Positions 48,455 to 61,689 of a DNA stretch of 64,000 bases are shown one piece after another; the first letter of the stretch is position 1; each line of letters starts with the position of its first letter. Below the pieces are notes generated by a model. It saw nothing but the letters and a program-made list of their open reading frames with translations, made no database searches and was not told the DNA's origin. The stretch is from Ranitomeya imitator (taxonomy: Eukaryota), in contig NC_091291.1 of the NCBI RefSeq assembly GCF_032444005.1, forward strand, positions 27,776,001 through 27,840,000, in the 5' to 3' direction. The position numbers were made by a program, and so were the translations under genes.

Positions 48455-49076
48455 CTAGAGACACATAATTGAATGAGTTATTAAAACTTATCCTGAAACG
48501 TTCTCTCTATAACAAGCTTTGCAAATGGATTCAATGGGGAAGGAGAATTACACAATCAAATCAAGTGTTAAGAAATTTGATGCAGAATACATGCTGATCC
48601 GCAGCAAAATCTGCAGATGCCGGATACTTCCTTACCTAATCATCTGTTGCTTCTCAACCATCTCTCTATCCTGCCCACCAGGATAGAAGACAAACAGCTT
48701 AAAACTTTACCGAAAGGTGGAAGATGCGCCAAAGTTCTTACATTGTCCCATGCGGGGTGATATATTTGGCGCTAATTTCTAGGTGTTTTGGACTCTTCTG
48801 TACAATTCCTCTTGGCTGGCTTACTTTGGATTATTATTTTGTGCCAAGATTTTGGTGCAACTTTGGTTCGATCTAGTACATATGAAGGCTCGTCTAAGCC
48901 AGTCTTCAACCTAACGAGGCTTAAAAATAGAAAATAAATTGGTGCAAGAAGTAATTTACCCTCAGTGTGTCTCAAAATCAGTCCACCTTGAGTAAAACAA
49001 CGAGTTTCTTAATATTTTTGCAGATTTTAACTGTGGAAGGTTGCATGTAGTCCAAGCTTTGGAAAGAAAAATTGGA

Positions 49077-49462
49077 AAGGGGGTTGTCTGGTCTTAAACT
49101 TCAAGTCTGCAGTCACTCTACCTGACCACAAAATTGGGAATCATCACATCGCATGCACTGCACGCTGTGAGGGTTTTCCAGTGTTGGTGCCGGGAGCGGA
49201 CAGTCATGTGACCGTAAGTATGGCGATTTGCCTACTTCCAGCCACATTCTGACCAGACTGTATTCGGCCTTGCTCAATATGCTTGCATTGAGTGAGTCCA
49301 TACTCATCTAGTTGGCAGGTGACACAATGTATTATGGTCATGCACCCGTTGCTGGGCACTGGAGAATCCTCACAATGCGCAGCGGGCTGATATGAGGATT
49401 TACAAGTCTGCAGTTACATAGAGCGACTGCAGACTTGCAACCTAAGACCAGAAAACCCCTTT
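49077..49462. mobile_element. T2/Kolobok-type MITE in the receptor intron
   Basis: GGGGTTGTCTGGTCTT...GTCTGCAGTCACTCTA / TAGAGCGACTGCAGAC...AAGACCAGAAAACCCC inverted arms. Confidence 0.75.
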
Positions 49463-51469
49463 ATGGGTAATTTGAGTTCCAGAGAACCCCCATCCTATTC
49501 AGGATCTTCACGTATTAGCAGGAGCAGAAAACAGTTACAACAAGCTTCTCTTACTCAGCATGGTCCAGTTTATCCAACCATTATACACAAGAATGGAAAG
49601 GAAACGGTACAATGCTACCTTGAGGGTGGTATTAAACCCTTGTTCCCAAACTCATCTACCTACATTGTTGCCAACAGCGTAAATTTTTCAGAAACAATTG
49701 CAGGAAATTCGTGGTTGCTCTGAAGATGACGGGGATTTGGCCTTTGGATTGAGATTTTTCCCACTTGAGGTGAAGGTTGAGTGCTAAATGTCCCCTCATT
49801 ACACCAATGTTAGTAAGTTTGTAATTTTTCATATTTGCCCTGATTTTCCCCTCTTATGTCCATACCTAGCATACAGGAAAGAAATATATCTTGGTACCGT
49901 GTTAGCCAGTGGATAGATAACCATTAAAAGGTATCAACCACTGAGGACTCTCAATTCTAAATATTTTTCATACCTAGCATAGAATGCTATGGAGAAGAAG
50001 TATTCTTGCCCATCCAAGACTCCATAAAACTACACCTAAAGAGTTACATGTTGGTTTTTATTTTGAGATTCGCATACAGTTCAGCAGATAAAATCTCTCC
50101 CAATAAAATCAGGACAGATGAAAATGATAAGTCTCGAAAACCTCTATGGTAGCCTTATTTTGGTCCCTAGATAGCAGAATAATAAGGGCATATGGATAAT
50201 AATCTCTAGGAATAATGCTAGTGGACTATCACCACTGGTCAGAAGTATCTCTACCAGCTTCATGGAGCTCTTTCGAAGGTCATATTTGTAGTTCTATCTA
50301 CAAATGTTCACCACAATGGTTTCAGCATCGTATGGATCTCTCGGTTTGAGTCAGCCACCAATTTACCTAGACAGCTTTGGGTACAAGAAATAAAATTTAT
50401 AAAAGTGAAGAAGGCATGAGATTTTAGCTTAGCGTCATACTATGTCTTCATTAAGTCTAGAAATCAAGGCATTTTTGGGGGCAAAATCTTTTGGAAATTC
50501 GTGAATGCAAAATTGGCTCCATTGTCGCGCCATTGACTTCGAAAGTGGCAAATTAATCTCCGGTCCTCTGCTCTCTAAGTATAGGCGCTTTATAGTCTTG
50601 TGTGAACAAAATTATCTTCCTCTAATCCGACTGTAACTTGTACATCTAATAAATCTAAGCTAGATGCTAACAAAAAAGTTGCCCTTGGGAAATTTCAAAC
50701 AATTTCTAATATTTTGGGAACTGTCTAGCTACTTTTATTAAAAAAAAAATAGTTGGATTGTCTGGCAATTATTGGTCAACTTATTTCCATGTTAATACTA
50801 GCCAAAGGATTTTTCACTTGATAGTAGAGCGTCAAGAAGAAAATGCACCTTTGACTATTTTTCTTTTATACATGGTTTGTACAGATTGTCAAATATAGTT
50901 TAACTCAATTCTATCACTTTCATCTATGTGTCTCTCTAACAAAATAGAAATGCCCCAAATTTTATCTAATTTATAAAAAAAAGTAAATAAAATAAAATTG
51001 ATTTAAAAAAAGTATATGTATGTAACAGCATAAAACTAATAAAATATGAGTAAATTAAATCATACATAGATTAACAAACAAGTCAAATTCTGTATTTAAA
51101 ACACTTTTATAAATTAGTTGAAAAATTCCATATGAGAAAAGAGAAAAGAAAGTATTAGGAATAACAATAAAAGGTGTAAAAAAATAAAATGTCAATGTTC
51201 TATTACTCTCCTCTTTAATAGAATATTTTTTTCAGCTAAGGGAATAGAAAGCTGTGATAATGAAAATTTTTTGGCAACTGTTGCAAAAAAAAAGAGTAAT
51301 TATTAAAAAAAAGTTAACTGTTCATACTCAACAAATTGGGACAGAGATTTAGCGGTCTGACAGCTGTACGGATATATCGGATGGCACTAAAGTTGCACGC
51401 ACACACAGCTTTCATAATCTTTTCATTGTGTCATATGGAAAATATACCAATAAAGAGCGAACAAACAAA

Positions 51470-52280
51470 AAATCTTTCAGTGAAAAACGTAAAAAAAATA
51501 GTGACATTTTTGTCACTATAAAGAACAATAAAGAACAATGTCGCAAAAAAGAACAAACAAAAAAAAAAACTTCCAGTGAAAAATGTAAAAAAAAAGTGAC
51601 ATTTTTGTCACTATAAAGAACAATAAAGAACAATGTCACAAAAAAGAACAAACAAAAAAAAACTTCCAGTGAAAAATGCAAAAAACAAATAGTGACATTT
51701 TTGTCACTATAAAGAACAATAAAGAACAATGTCACAAAAAAGAACAAACAATAAAAAAAACTTCCAGTGAAAAATGCAAAAAAAAAATAGTGACATTTTT
51801 GTCACTATAAAGAACAATAAAGAACAATGTCACAAAAAAGAACAAACAAAAAAAAACTTCCAGTGAAAAATGCAAAAAAAAAATAGTGACATTTTTGTCA
51901 CTATAAAGAACAATAAAGAACAATGTCACAAAAAAGAACAAACAAAAAAAAACTTCCAGTGAAAAATGCAAAAAAAAAAATAGTGACATTTTTGTCACTA
52001 TAAAGAACAATAAAGAACAATGTCGCAAAAAAGAACGAACAAAAAAAAAACGTCCAGTGAAAAATGTAAAAAAAATAGTGACATTTTTGTCACTATAAAG
52101 AACAATAAAGAACAATGTCACAAAAAAGAACAAACAAAAAAAAACTTCCAGTGAAAAATGCAAAAAAAAATAGTGACATTTTTGTCACTATAAAGAACAA
52201 TAAAGAACAATGTCACAAAAAAGAACAAACAATAAAAAAAACTTCCAGTGAAAAATGCAAAAAAAATAGTGAAATTTTTG
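51470..52280. repeat. ~96-bp A-rich tandem repeat (~9 copies), each with a 9-bp palindrome
   Basis: ATAGTGACA-TTTT-TGTCACTAT recurs with its GTGAC at about 51501, 51596, 51692, 51790, 51886, 51983, 52079 and 52173. Confidence 0.93.
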
Positions 52281-52367
52281 TTAACCTTTCATCCTTCTTG
52301 TACTTTTCATGTGATAACTCCTACACTTAGAAATGATCTTGAATATACCATATTTACTCATACTCAC

Positions 52368-52418
52368 ATATTCGTAATCCGGGCTGGGTGTAAGTTCATC
52401 GTTTTCATAAAGTATCAT
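52368..52418 (-). CDS. CXCR3-like chemokine receptor, exon 1
   Basis: ATCACC-ATG; MILYENDELTPSPDYEY (17 codons, acidic and Tyr-rich) then phase-0 donor GTGAGT, in frame with exon 2 (353 aa total). Confidence 0.8.
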
Positions 52419-53739
52419 GGTGATGACCTTGAAATGTTCCCGAGAGTAAAAAACCTTCGCATGCAGATGACTTTGCTTCTGAGAAGAAGATGACGAGATA
52501 CCTAAACGGAGGGGATGCCTAGTCTAAAAAAAAGGAAGTGGACAGAAAAAAAGCTGCATCGAATACAAATGAGCTTGTAATCATCTGTTGTGAAAATATA
52601 TACTTTTTTTTATCTCACTCCTGTCTTTTCTTACATTGAGCCTCGCTTGTAATCGTTACTATTTTTCTAGCTAAGATTTTATTTCATTTTTTTTTACATT
52701 TTATTTACATTTTTTGTAAACTGAAATGGCAAAAAAAGAAGAAAAAGAATGGGGTCAGAATTAGAGATGGGCGAACCCGAGTAGAAAAATTCGGTGTTTG
52801 TACCGAACACCTACTCTTCGGACACGGAGACCGAACACGGACTTCACCTGGAAGTCCCTGTTACTGTTTGTGTTCGGCTGCCCGAACACCGGGTGTTTGT
52901 CGCGCTATCATGTGCATGACAGCGCAGCAAACACAGCTTCTGATTGGCGGTGAAATCATCCCTGCCGGTCAGAGAGCCGCAGTTTCCACACTGTCAAAAG
53001 GCAGAGTGAACCCACAGCTGTGATCGGAGGTATGAAGTCACTGGTGTCAGCTGATGGGACTACTGCTCCCATCATCTGATGCCTTACCGTGCTCTGCATC
53101 TACAATTTTATGTTCAATTTTATGTCTTGTACTTCTGTGCCTTCAAGTCGCTGCAAATCTGCATGTATGTTTAGCTTTTACCTGATCAGTTGTTGGGCAC
53201 CGCTATGGGTGATGCATGTACCCTGGTGGTGGAGAGATGAGATCGTTGGTGTCATGTTTCTAGAAGCTGTGGACCACAAGGCAGTGAGTAATTAACCCTG
53301 GTTGATCCATGATGTGCTGTAAGTTTGCCATGATATTAATGGGAGGAGATTGTGATGATTAAAATTGTTGAGCACGCACCTATATAGAGCAACGACATCC
53401 AGCCAGTGGCTTACACTGTCATGGAAGTCCTACAGATTTCTGTCTCAGCTGAAAATAGCGCTGCAAGGGTGCAGAGGAATTTGTCAGGTGGACGTAGGAG
53501 CCTGACCATGATAGAGAAGCAGAATAAAGACTGAGTGAATAATGCATAGGTTAACCGCTGAGCAGATGATGCCATTTTGACCCACTAACGGGTCGTTTCT
53601 GAAATGTGTTTAGGAGATTGTACCTGACAGCTGCCTTGTTCCCAGCTCTGTGAGAGTAAAGTTGATTTACACATCAGAAGATACCTCATCTGCTGCCCCA
53701 GTTTGTCTATCTTCTAAATTAATTTGCAAAGTTACTCAG

Positions 53740-54640
53740 TTGCAAGTAGACTATCTGGCTAAAGGTATTGGGGCACCTCCACGTCACATCTACAGGAGCT
53801 TTTAGAACATCCAGATCTATAGGCATTAATATGAAGTAGGTCCTTTTTGCAGCTATAATATAACATCTTCCACTCTCATGGGAAAATATTTTGGAGGGGT
53901 TTTGTGGAAATTGTGCCTCTTCGTCCAGAAGATCATTTGTGAGGTCAGACCCTGATGTTGTGAAGCTCACAATCTCCTTTGTAGTTGATCTGACGATGTT
54001 GGTTGGTGTTGTGATTGGAGATCTTTGCCACCGGTCATCTTCTTCTACACCAAACTCCCCCAAAACAATGGAACTTGCTTTTTTGCACTGATGGGACACA
54101 AAAAGCCTTCCGCAAACTGGTTCCATAAAGTTGGAAGCATCAGTTGTCCGCAATGTCTTGTGTTGAAAAATTAAGATTTACTTTCTCTGGAACTAAGGCT
54201 GATGCTGATCCCTGATAACAGCTCATAGTATTATCCTCCTCCACCAAACTCTATAGTGGGCACAATGCAGCCAGTTGGGTAAAGATCTCCTGGATTTCAT
54301 CAAACCCAGACTCCTCCATCAGATGCCAGATAGGGAAGTGTGATCTGTCTCTGCACAGAACACGTTTCCTCCAGAGTCCAGTGGTGGCGGCTTTAGACCA
54401 CTTGATCCAACACTTGGCATTGTGCTTGGTGATGAAAGGCTGCATGCAGCTGCTCAGCCATGAAGCTCCCGTCGGGGGTCAGTGTTTGTGCTGATGTTAT
54501 ACCAGAGGAAATGTGGACTCTGCAGTTATGGAGTCAGCAGAACATTGAAGACTTTCCTGCCCTCTGCTCCTCAGCACTTGGTGGCCCCACTCTGTAACGT
54601 TACAGGGTCTCCACTTGCATAGAGACTGAAAGAAAAACCT
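53740..54640 (-). mobile_element. Degenerate Tc1 fragments
   Basis: Remnants such as PFITKHNAKCWIKW... resembling the Tc1 ARRKP/WSDE region; multiple frameshifts. Confidence 0.6.
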
Positions 54641-55494
54641 GATTTCACTGGTTAAGACATGAGGTCCAGTTCCTTTTCTCCATATAACGTAGCTGCTAGG
54701 ACTGTGTCCTGACCATCTTGCATGCAGTTTAGAACCTTTTCCTATCATGGTCCATGTAGTAGTTAGGCGTCGTTGCCCCTATGTTAGGCATGCCACTATA
54801 AAAGGGGAAATCTACCACTAAATGATCTTATACTCTTGTGGATTATTCTCATCCTGGCTATACAGTAGAATCGCTGCTTTATTATGTGCCTGTTTGGAGC
54901 TCATTATTTTATTTGTTTTTGCAATATATGTTTTGTGGTTGTAACATACAGATGTGAATGATAAGATCCAAACAGTGAGAAGTCAGAGGAGCGTCAGCAG
55001 TTCATAGAAAACCACAAAACTAACAACAGCAAATAAAGTGACTTTATATTTTGTCCATTTATGAGAATATCAATAGGAGCGAAGTATAATATTTATTTGT
55101 AAAGCAATTTGGAATTTTCTTCCGGTGATAGAAGATAAACTGCATAGCGCCTTCAGTAGACTATGTCTCACTAGACCGTGATGTTGGTAAATGGTGGAGC
55201 TTCATGCTGGGCTTCTTCTGCTCACAGGTTTCGCCATTGGTCAAAGGAGTCCAGTAAATATTCACAAAAGTGTCTTAATAGTTGTGTGACAGAGTGTTGT
55301 ATCTGCAGTGTCTGAGTAACGCATTTTCATAATGTGTCCAACAAGTCAATGGTGCATGTGTGGCATGTGAGCATGTACATTATATTTACTGAAATCTCTG
55401 CTACATGGATAAATATGACTCAAGTAGCCATTGCGACTCATATGAGTCCAGTGGGTGGTTCTTCTCATATGAGTCCAGAGAGCTGTTCTACTTA

Positions 55495-57085
55495 CAGTGC
55501 CTTGTGAAAGTATTCGGCTCCCTGGAATGTTTCAACCTTTTCCCACATATCATGCTTCAAACCTAAAGATACCGAATGTAAATTTTTGGTGAAAAATCAA
55601 CAACAAGTGGAACACAATAGTGAAGTTGAACAAAATGTATTGGTTATTTTACATTTTTGTGGAAATTCAAAAACTGAAAAGTGAGGCGTGCAATATTATT
55701 CGGCCCCTTTACTTTCAGTGCAGAAGTTCATTGTGGATCTCTGAATGATCCAATGTTGTCCTAAATGCCTAATAATGATAAATATAATCCACCTGTGTGT
55801 AATCAAGTCTCCGTATAAATGCACCTGCTCTGTGATAGTCTCAGGGTTCTGTGTGAAGCACAGAGAGCATCATGAAGACCAAGGAACACAACAGGCAGGT
55901 CCGTGATACTGTTGTGGAGAAGTTTAAAGCCGGATTTGGATACAAAATGATTTCCAAAACTTTAAACATCCCAAGGAGCACTGTGCAAGCAATCATATTG
56001 AAATGGAAGGAGTATCATACCACTGCAAATCTACCAAGACCCGGCCGTCCCTCTAAACTTTCATCTCAAACAAGGAGAAGACTGATCAGAGATGCAGCCA
56101 AGAGGCCCATGATCACTCTGGATGAACTGCAGAGATCTACAGCTGAGGTGGGACAGTCTGTCCATAGGACAACACTCAGTCGTACACTGCACAAATCTGG
56201 CCTTTATGGAAAAGTGGCAAGAAGAAAGCATAAAAAGTGTAGTTTAAAGTTTGCAACAAGCCACTTGGGAGAAACACCAAACATGTGGAAGAAGGTGCTC
56301 TGGTCAGATGAAACCAAAATCGAACTTTTTGGCAACAATGACAAACGATATGTTTGGCGTAAAGGCAACACAGCTCATCACCCTGAACACACCATCCCCA
56401 CTGTCAAACATGGTGGTGGCAGCATCATGGTTTGGGCCTGCTATTCTTCAGCAGGGACAGGGAAGATGGTTAAAATTGATGGGAAGATGGATGGAGCCAA
56501 GTACAGGACCATTCTTGAAGAAAACCTGTTGGAGTCTGCAAAAAACCTGAGACTGGGACGGAGATTTGTCTTCCAACAAGGCAATGATCCCAAACATAAA
56601 GCAAAATCTACAATGGAATTGTTCCCTAATAAACGTATCCAGGTGTTAGAATGGCCAAGTCAGAGTCCAGACCTCAATCCAATCGAGAATCTGTGGAAAG
56701 AGCTGAAAACTGCTGTTCACAAACGATCTCCATCAACCTCACTGAGCTTGAGCTGTTTGCCAAGGAAGAATGGGCAAGAATTTCAGTCTCTCCATGTACA
56801 AAACTGATAGAGACATACCCCAAGCGACTTGTAATCGCAGCAAAAGGTGGCGCAACAAAGTATTACGATAAAAGGGTCGAATAATATTTCACGCCCCACT
56901 TTTCAGTTTTTGAATTTCCACAAAAGTTTAAAATAACCAATAAATTTCGTTCAACTTCACAACTGTGTTCCACTTGTTGTTGATTCTTCACCAAAAATTT
57001 ACATTTGGTATCTTTATGTTTGAAGCATGATATGTGGGAAAAGGTTGAAAAGTTCCAGGGGGCCGAATACTTTCGCAAGGCGCTG
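55495..57085 (+). mobile_element. Full-length but defective Tc1 element
   Basis: TA|CAGTGCCTTGTGAAAGTATTCGG ... CCGAATACTTTCGCAAGGCGCTG|TA. Confidence 0.95.
55872..56807 (+). pseudogene. Inactivated Tc1 transposase
   Basis: Second catalytic Asp replaced (QQGNDP), short deletion after ARRK, and a frameshift after HKRSPS. Confidence 0.85.
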
Positions 57086-57087
57086 TA

Positions 57088-57750
57088 CATAAGTCCAATG
57101 GACGGTCCTACCCATGGGTCTAGAGGGCAGTCCTACTTATATAAGTCTAATGGACGGTTCTACTCATATGAGTCCAGTGGGTGATAGTATTCAGCGATTG
57201 ACCGGCTTTCTTGTATGACTGTGCAAAGAAGAGATAGATATCAATCATCGATTTGGTCCACCCAATAGACTCATATGAGTAGGACAGCCCACAGGACTCA
57301 TGTGGGTGGCTCTTCTCATATGAATCCAGTGGGCAGTCTTGTTCATATGAGTCCAGTAGGTGGTCCTACGGAATGATTGTCAGCTATTTCAGACTGTAAA
57401 TTGCTGAGTAGGATTGGCCACTGGTCTTATATGAGTAGGACCGGCCACAAGATTCATATGAGTAGGACAGCCCACTGGACTCATATGAGTAGGACAGCCC
57501 ACTGGACTCATATGAATAGGACAGCCCACTGGACTCATATGAATAGGACTGCCTACTGGACTCATATGAAAAGAACCACCCACTCGACTGAGTCCAGTGG
57601 GTAGTTCTACTCAATGATTGTCGGTTATTTCTGCATGCGCAGCCACACAGGTAAGACTGTCAATTGCTGAATAGGACCGCCCACTTGACTCATGTGAGAA
57701 AAAACGTCCACTGGACTCATCTGAGAAGACCCTCAAAATGGACTCATATA
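57088..57750. repeat. 27-bp minisatellite with blocks in both orientations, continued at 55431-55490
   Basis: Unit GAGTAGGACAGCCCACTGGACTCATAT; the same repeat flanks both sides of the Tc1, so the Tc1 inserted into it. Confidence 0.88.
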
Positions 57751-58998
57751 GACCAAAAACAAGGGATTTCAATAACTAAAATACAAGTTATACTGAATCT
57801 TATCCCGTAAACCTTCTTTATACCACGTTGCCTACAAATCAGACTAAATGTACATGACAGTTTCTGTGGAATACCGAAATCTTACCATTCTCCGATCGGT
57901 TGGATTTTTCCATTTTCTTTTCCATAGATTAGTAAATACCGCGATGGCTCTCCCATGATTTTACCCTGTGACATGTCTCATCGCGGCACTAACCTTACAA
58001 AGTGTACATTCTCTATTCACAGCGCTTATTAAAAGCGAACAACGAGGTCAAACTTTTCCTCAATCCATTATTACTGAAAATAAAAAGTAAAACAAATAGA
58101 TGTTTTCTTCTCTGTGGAAGTGACTGAGATCAAACATCTCCGCTGCTTAATTCAATTAGGCGAAACATCAATCACGGTTAATAGAAAACCCCCGCCGAAC
58201 AGTCCCCCTTCCTCTCCCGGCCCTGAGTACACACTCTGATCTTGTAATTCCCTCATTCAATTAGAGAGTAAATCAATCAAAGTTAATTAAAAATGAGAAC
58301 ACTGTTCTGGATGAAATAACTGTACTGTCTGACTATTCTCGCTGAATTGCAAAAAAAGTTAAAAAAAACGTCGGCTTCTGGCGATATTGTATATCAGACG
58401 ATCAGCCACTTCTGAAATGACCTCATTTATCATAATGGAGGACATTTAAATAAATAAACCTGGGCATTAATGGGTAAAAGCAACTATTTTAAGAGAAACA
58501 GCGCCTCCTCTCGTCCTTGGCTGTGTTTGGTATCGCAGTCCAGCACCATCGAAGTTAATAATAGTCTCTGGACAAAACTATTTCTAGAAGAAAAATTAAC
58601 CCTTTTTTTTCAAATTTAGGACAACCCCTTTGTCCATATATTGGGATTTTTTTGGAAATCATAATTTTGCAGAAATAGTAAACACAAGATTTTTTACTGA
58701 TCCCTTTCAACATTGATCAGTTATTTAGCTTCAATAGGTGTCACCACAAGCAGCAATTTTCTTTCTTTCTGGGAGAAAGTTAATTTGCATACTTTTTCCC
58801 ATGGTGCATTGACAAAAAAATGTCCTACACAGGTTGTCCCTGTATGAAGATCTAGAACCTGCTTCAAGGCCATTGGCTACTGCCCCAAACTGCTCGATGA
58901 TGAACACCAGAAGCAGCATAATTTAGGCGAAACAGTTGTTGCTTACTTACCTTTTTATGGCTCGTTTCCTCATGTGACGACCACAGTAAACAAAGTTA

Positions 58999-61055
58999 CC
59001 ATATATACTTGAGTATAAGCTGACCCGAGTATAAGCCGCCCCCCCCCTAATTTTGCCACAAAAAACTTGGAAAACTTATTGACTCAAGTGTAAGCCTAGG
59101 GTGGGAAATGCAGCAGCTACTGGTAAATTTCAAAAATAAAAATAGATACCAAGAAAAGTAAAATTAATTGAGACATCAGTAGGTGAAGTGTTTTTGAATA
59201 TCCATATTGAATCAGGAGCCCCATATAATGCTCCATACAGTTCATGATGGGCCCCATAAGATGCTCCATACAAAATATATGCCTCATATGATGCTGCACA
59301 AAGGTTAATAATGGCCCCATAAGATGCTCCATATTAAAATATGCTCCATATAATGCTGCATAAAAGGTTAATGATGGCCCCATAAGATGCTCCATAAAGG
59401 TTGATGGTGTCAAAAGATGCTCCATAGAATTATATTCCCCCATACAATGCTCCATAAAGGTTGATGGCCCCATAAGATGCTCCATAGAATTATATGCCAC
59501 ATATAATGCTCCATATAGGTTGATGACCCCATAAGATGCTCCATAGAATAATATGCCCCATATGCTGCTCCATAAAGGTTGATGGCCCCATAAGATGCTC
59601 CATAGAATAATATGCCCTATATAATGCTCCACAAAAGTTGATGGCCCTATAAGATGCTCCATAGAATAATATGCACCATATATATAATGCTCCATAAAGG
59701 TTAATAATTATGGCCCCATAAGATGCTCCATAGAATTATATGCCCCATACAATACTCCACAAAGGTTGATGGCCCCATAAGATGCTCCATAGAATAATAT
59801 GCCCCATATAATGCTCCATAAAGGTTGATGGCCCCATAAGATGCTCCATAGAATAATATGCCCTATATAATGCTCCACAAAAGTTGATGGCCCTATAAGA
59901 TGCTCCATAGAATAATATACATCATATATAATGCTCCATAAAGGTTAATTTTTATGGCCCCATAAGATGCTCCATAGAATTATATGCCCCATACAATGCT
60001 CCACAAAGGTTGATGGTCCCAAAAGATACTCCATAGAATTATATGCCCCATACAATGCTCTATAAAGGTTAATAATTATGGCCCCATAAGATGCTCCATA
60101 GAATTATATGCCCCATACAATGCTCCACAAAGGTTGATGGCCCCATAAGATGCTCCAAAGAATAATATGCCCCATATAATGCTCCATAAAGGTTGATGGT
60201 CCCAAAAGATGCTCCATAGAATTATATGCCCCATACAATGCTCTATAAAGGTTAATAATTATGGCCCCATAGGATGCTCCATAGAATTATTTGCCCCATT
60301 TGCTGCTGCTGTGATTAAAAAATAAAATGACATTCTCACCTCTCATCACTGGGGGACAGGTGTCGGTGTCCTGAGCTGGTCGAGGACACCAGCGCGTAAT
60401 AGGGTCCAGGTGCCGGTGTTGCTGCTGGCTCAGGCCCCCGACACTAGAAATATTCACCTGTCCCCATTCATCCACAGCGCTGCTGTGTCTTCCATCTCTC
60501 TGTCTGTGACTGTTGCGGCAGAGGGCGCGCACTAACCACGTCATCGCGCCCTCTGACCTAAACGTCACAGCCAGAGGACGCGGAAGACACAGCCCGATGG
60601 TGGAATGGGGACGGGACAGGTGAATATCGCATGGCTCACCCTCCCCCGTCATACTCACCCTCCTGGCACGGTCTCTGCACTTCCCTACTTCTCCGTTGTC
60701 CTGGGGCGGCAGCTCCTTCCAGTACTGAGCGGCCACATGGTGCTGCTCATTATGAATAATGAATATGCGCTCCACACCTATGGGAGTGGAGTCACGTGCA
60801 TATTCATTACATTAATGAGTGGTACCACGTGACCGCTGAACACAGGAAGAGCTGCCGGTGCCAGAGACCATCTGAGAAGCAGGGAAGTGCAGAGACCGTG
60901 CCAGGAGGGGGTGAGTATAATGTGACAGCCGCCGACTCCTGCCGCTCCCCCTCCCCCGCTGACAACTGGGACAATGATTTGAGTATAAGCCGAGATGGGC
61001 CCTTTCAGCCTAAAAAATGGGCTCAAAATCTAGGCTTATACTGCAGTGTATATGG
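58999..61055. mobile_element. Non-autonomous TcMar (Tc2-like) element with an internal 59-bp minisatellite
   Basis: TA|CCATATATACTTGAGTATAAGC ... GCTTATACTGCAGTGTATATGG|TA; GATGCTCCATAGAATAATATGCCCC... repeats at ~59215-60300. Confidence 0.8.
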
Positions 61056-61689
61056 TATAAAACTTGAAAAAAAGGCACATGTCCTTCAAGTTCAACCAAT
61101 GAATGGGAAATTAAAAGGAAAGGATATTTATTTAACCACAATGCATGATCCAGTCTCCCCCAAAGGAGCTAAATGTTCCCTCCCGAGTCCAAACCATTAT
61201 CCAATGAAATAAAAAGATGGTAATAAAGAAGATTGGAAAAAATTAAGTACTTAAAATTATTGCACTCCTCTTTTTAACTTCTATTTTTTAACTCCACTTT
61301 GTTTCCAAAGGGATCACACCTCCAAAACACAGCAAGACTGGTGCACTTTGGGATTGCAGTCTTGTACAGGATTGGTTGGATGCTCTGGAATATGAAGTCA
61401 AAGACTGTGTACCCAGGAACAGCATATAATACCATTTGCTGCTTTTTGGACTATTTCTGGGGATCATACAGTTAGGGCCAACAACAAAGAGACTTGGCAG
61501 CCTGTGAATTGATTTAAAAATGCTACATAGTTTGCCAGGAACTGAATATTTTTGTAAAAGAAGGATATGTCTGTCCTGCACTACCGTAGGCTGATCCATG
61601 GCCTTCTCAGAGACTATTCCATCTTTGAAAGTCCAGATATCAATGAAGAAGAGGATTTAAACCCTTTTCCTTTCCCCACTCCCAAAGAA

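Noticed and set aside
48636-48661. Alternative receptor exon 1 (MVEKQQMI, GTAAG donor)
   Set aside because: Phase 2, incompatible with the phase-0 acceptor at 48454; the exon at 52368-52418 fits frame and composition
49870-49965. Possible type II hammerhead (GAAAG...CCACTGAGGACT)
   Set aside because: Stem I is out of register and stem II is only 2 bp; does not fold into a valid core
57999-58073. Minus-strand acceptor/donor pair
   Set aside because: Stops in all three frames and no support as a UTR exon
58951-58973. Minus-strand ATG plus strong AAG|GTAAGT donor (MRKRAIK)
   Set aside because: Phase 2 with no matching coding exon identified downstream
59117-59908. MEH-repeat ORFs
   Set aside because: Translation of the 59-bp repeat inside the TcMar element
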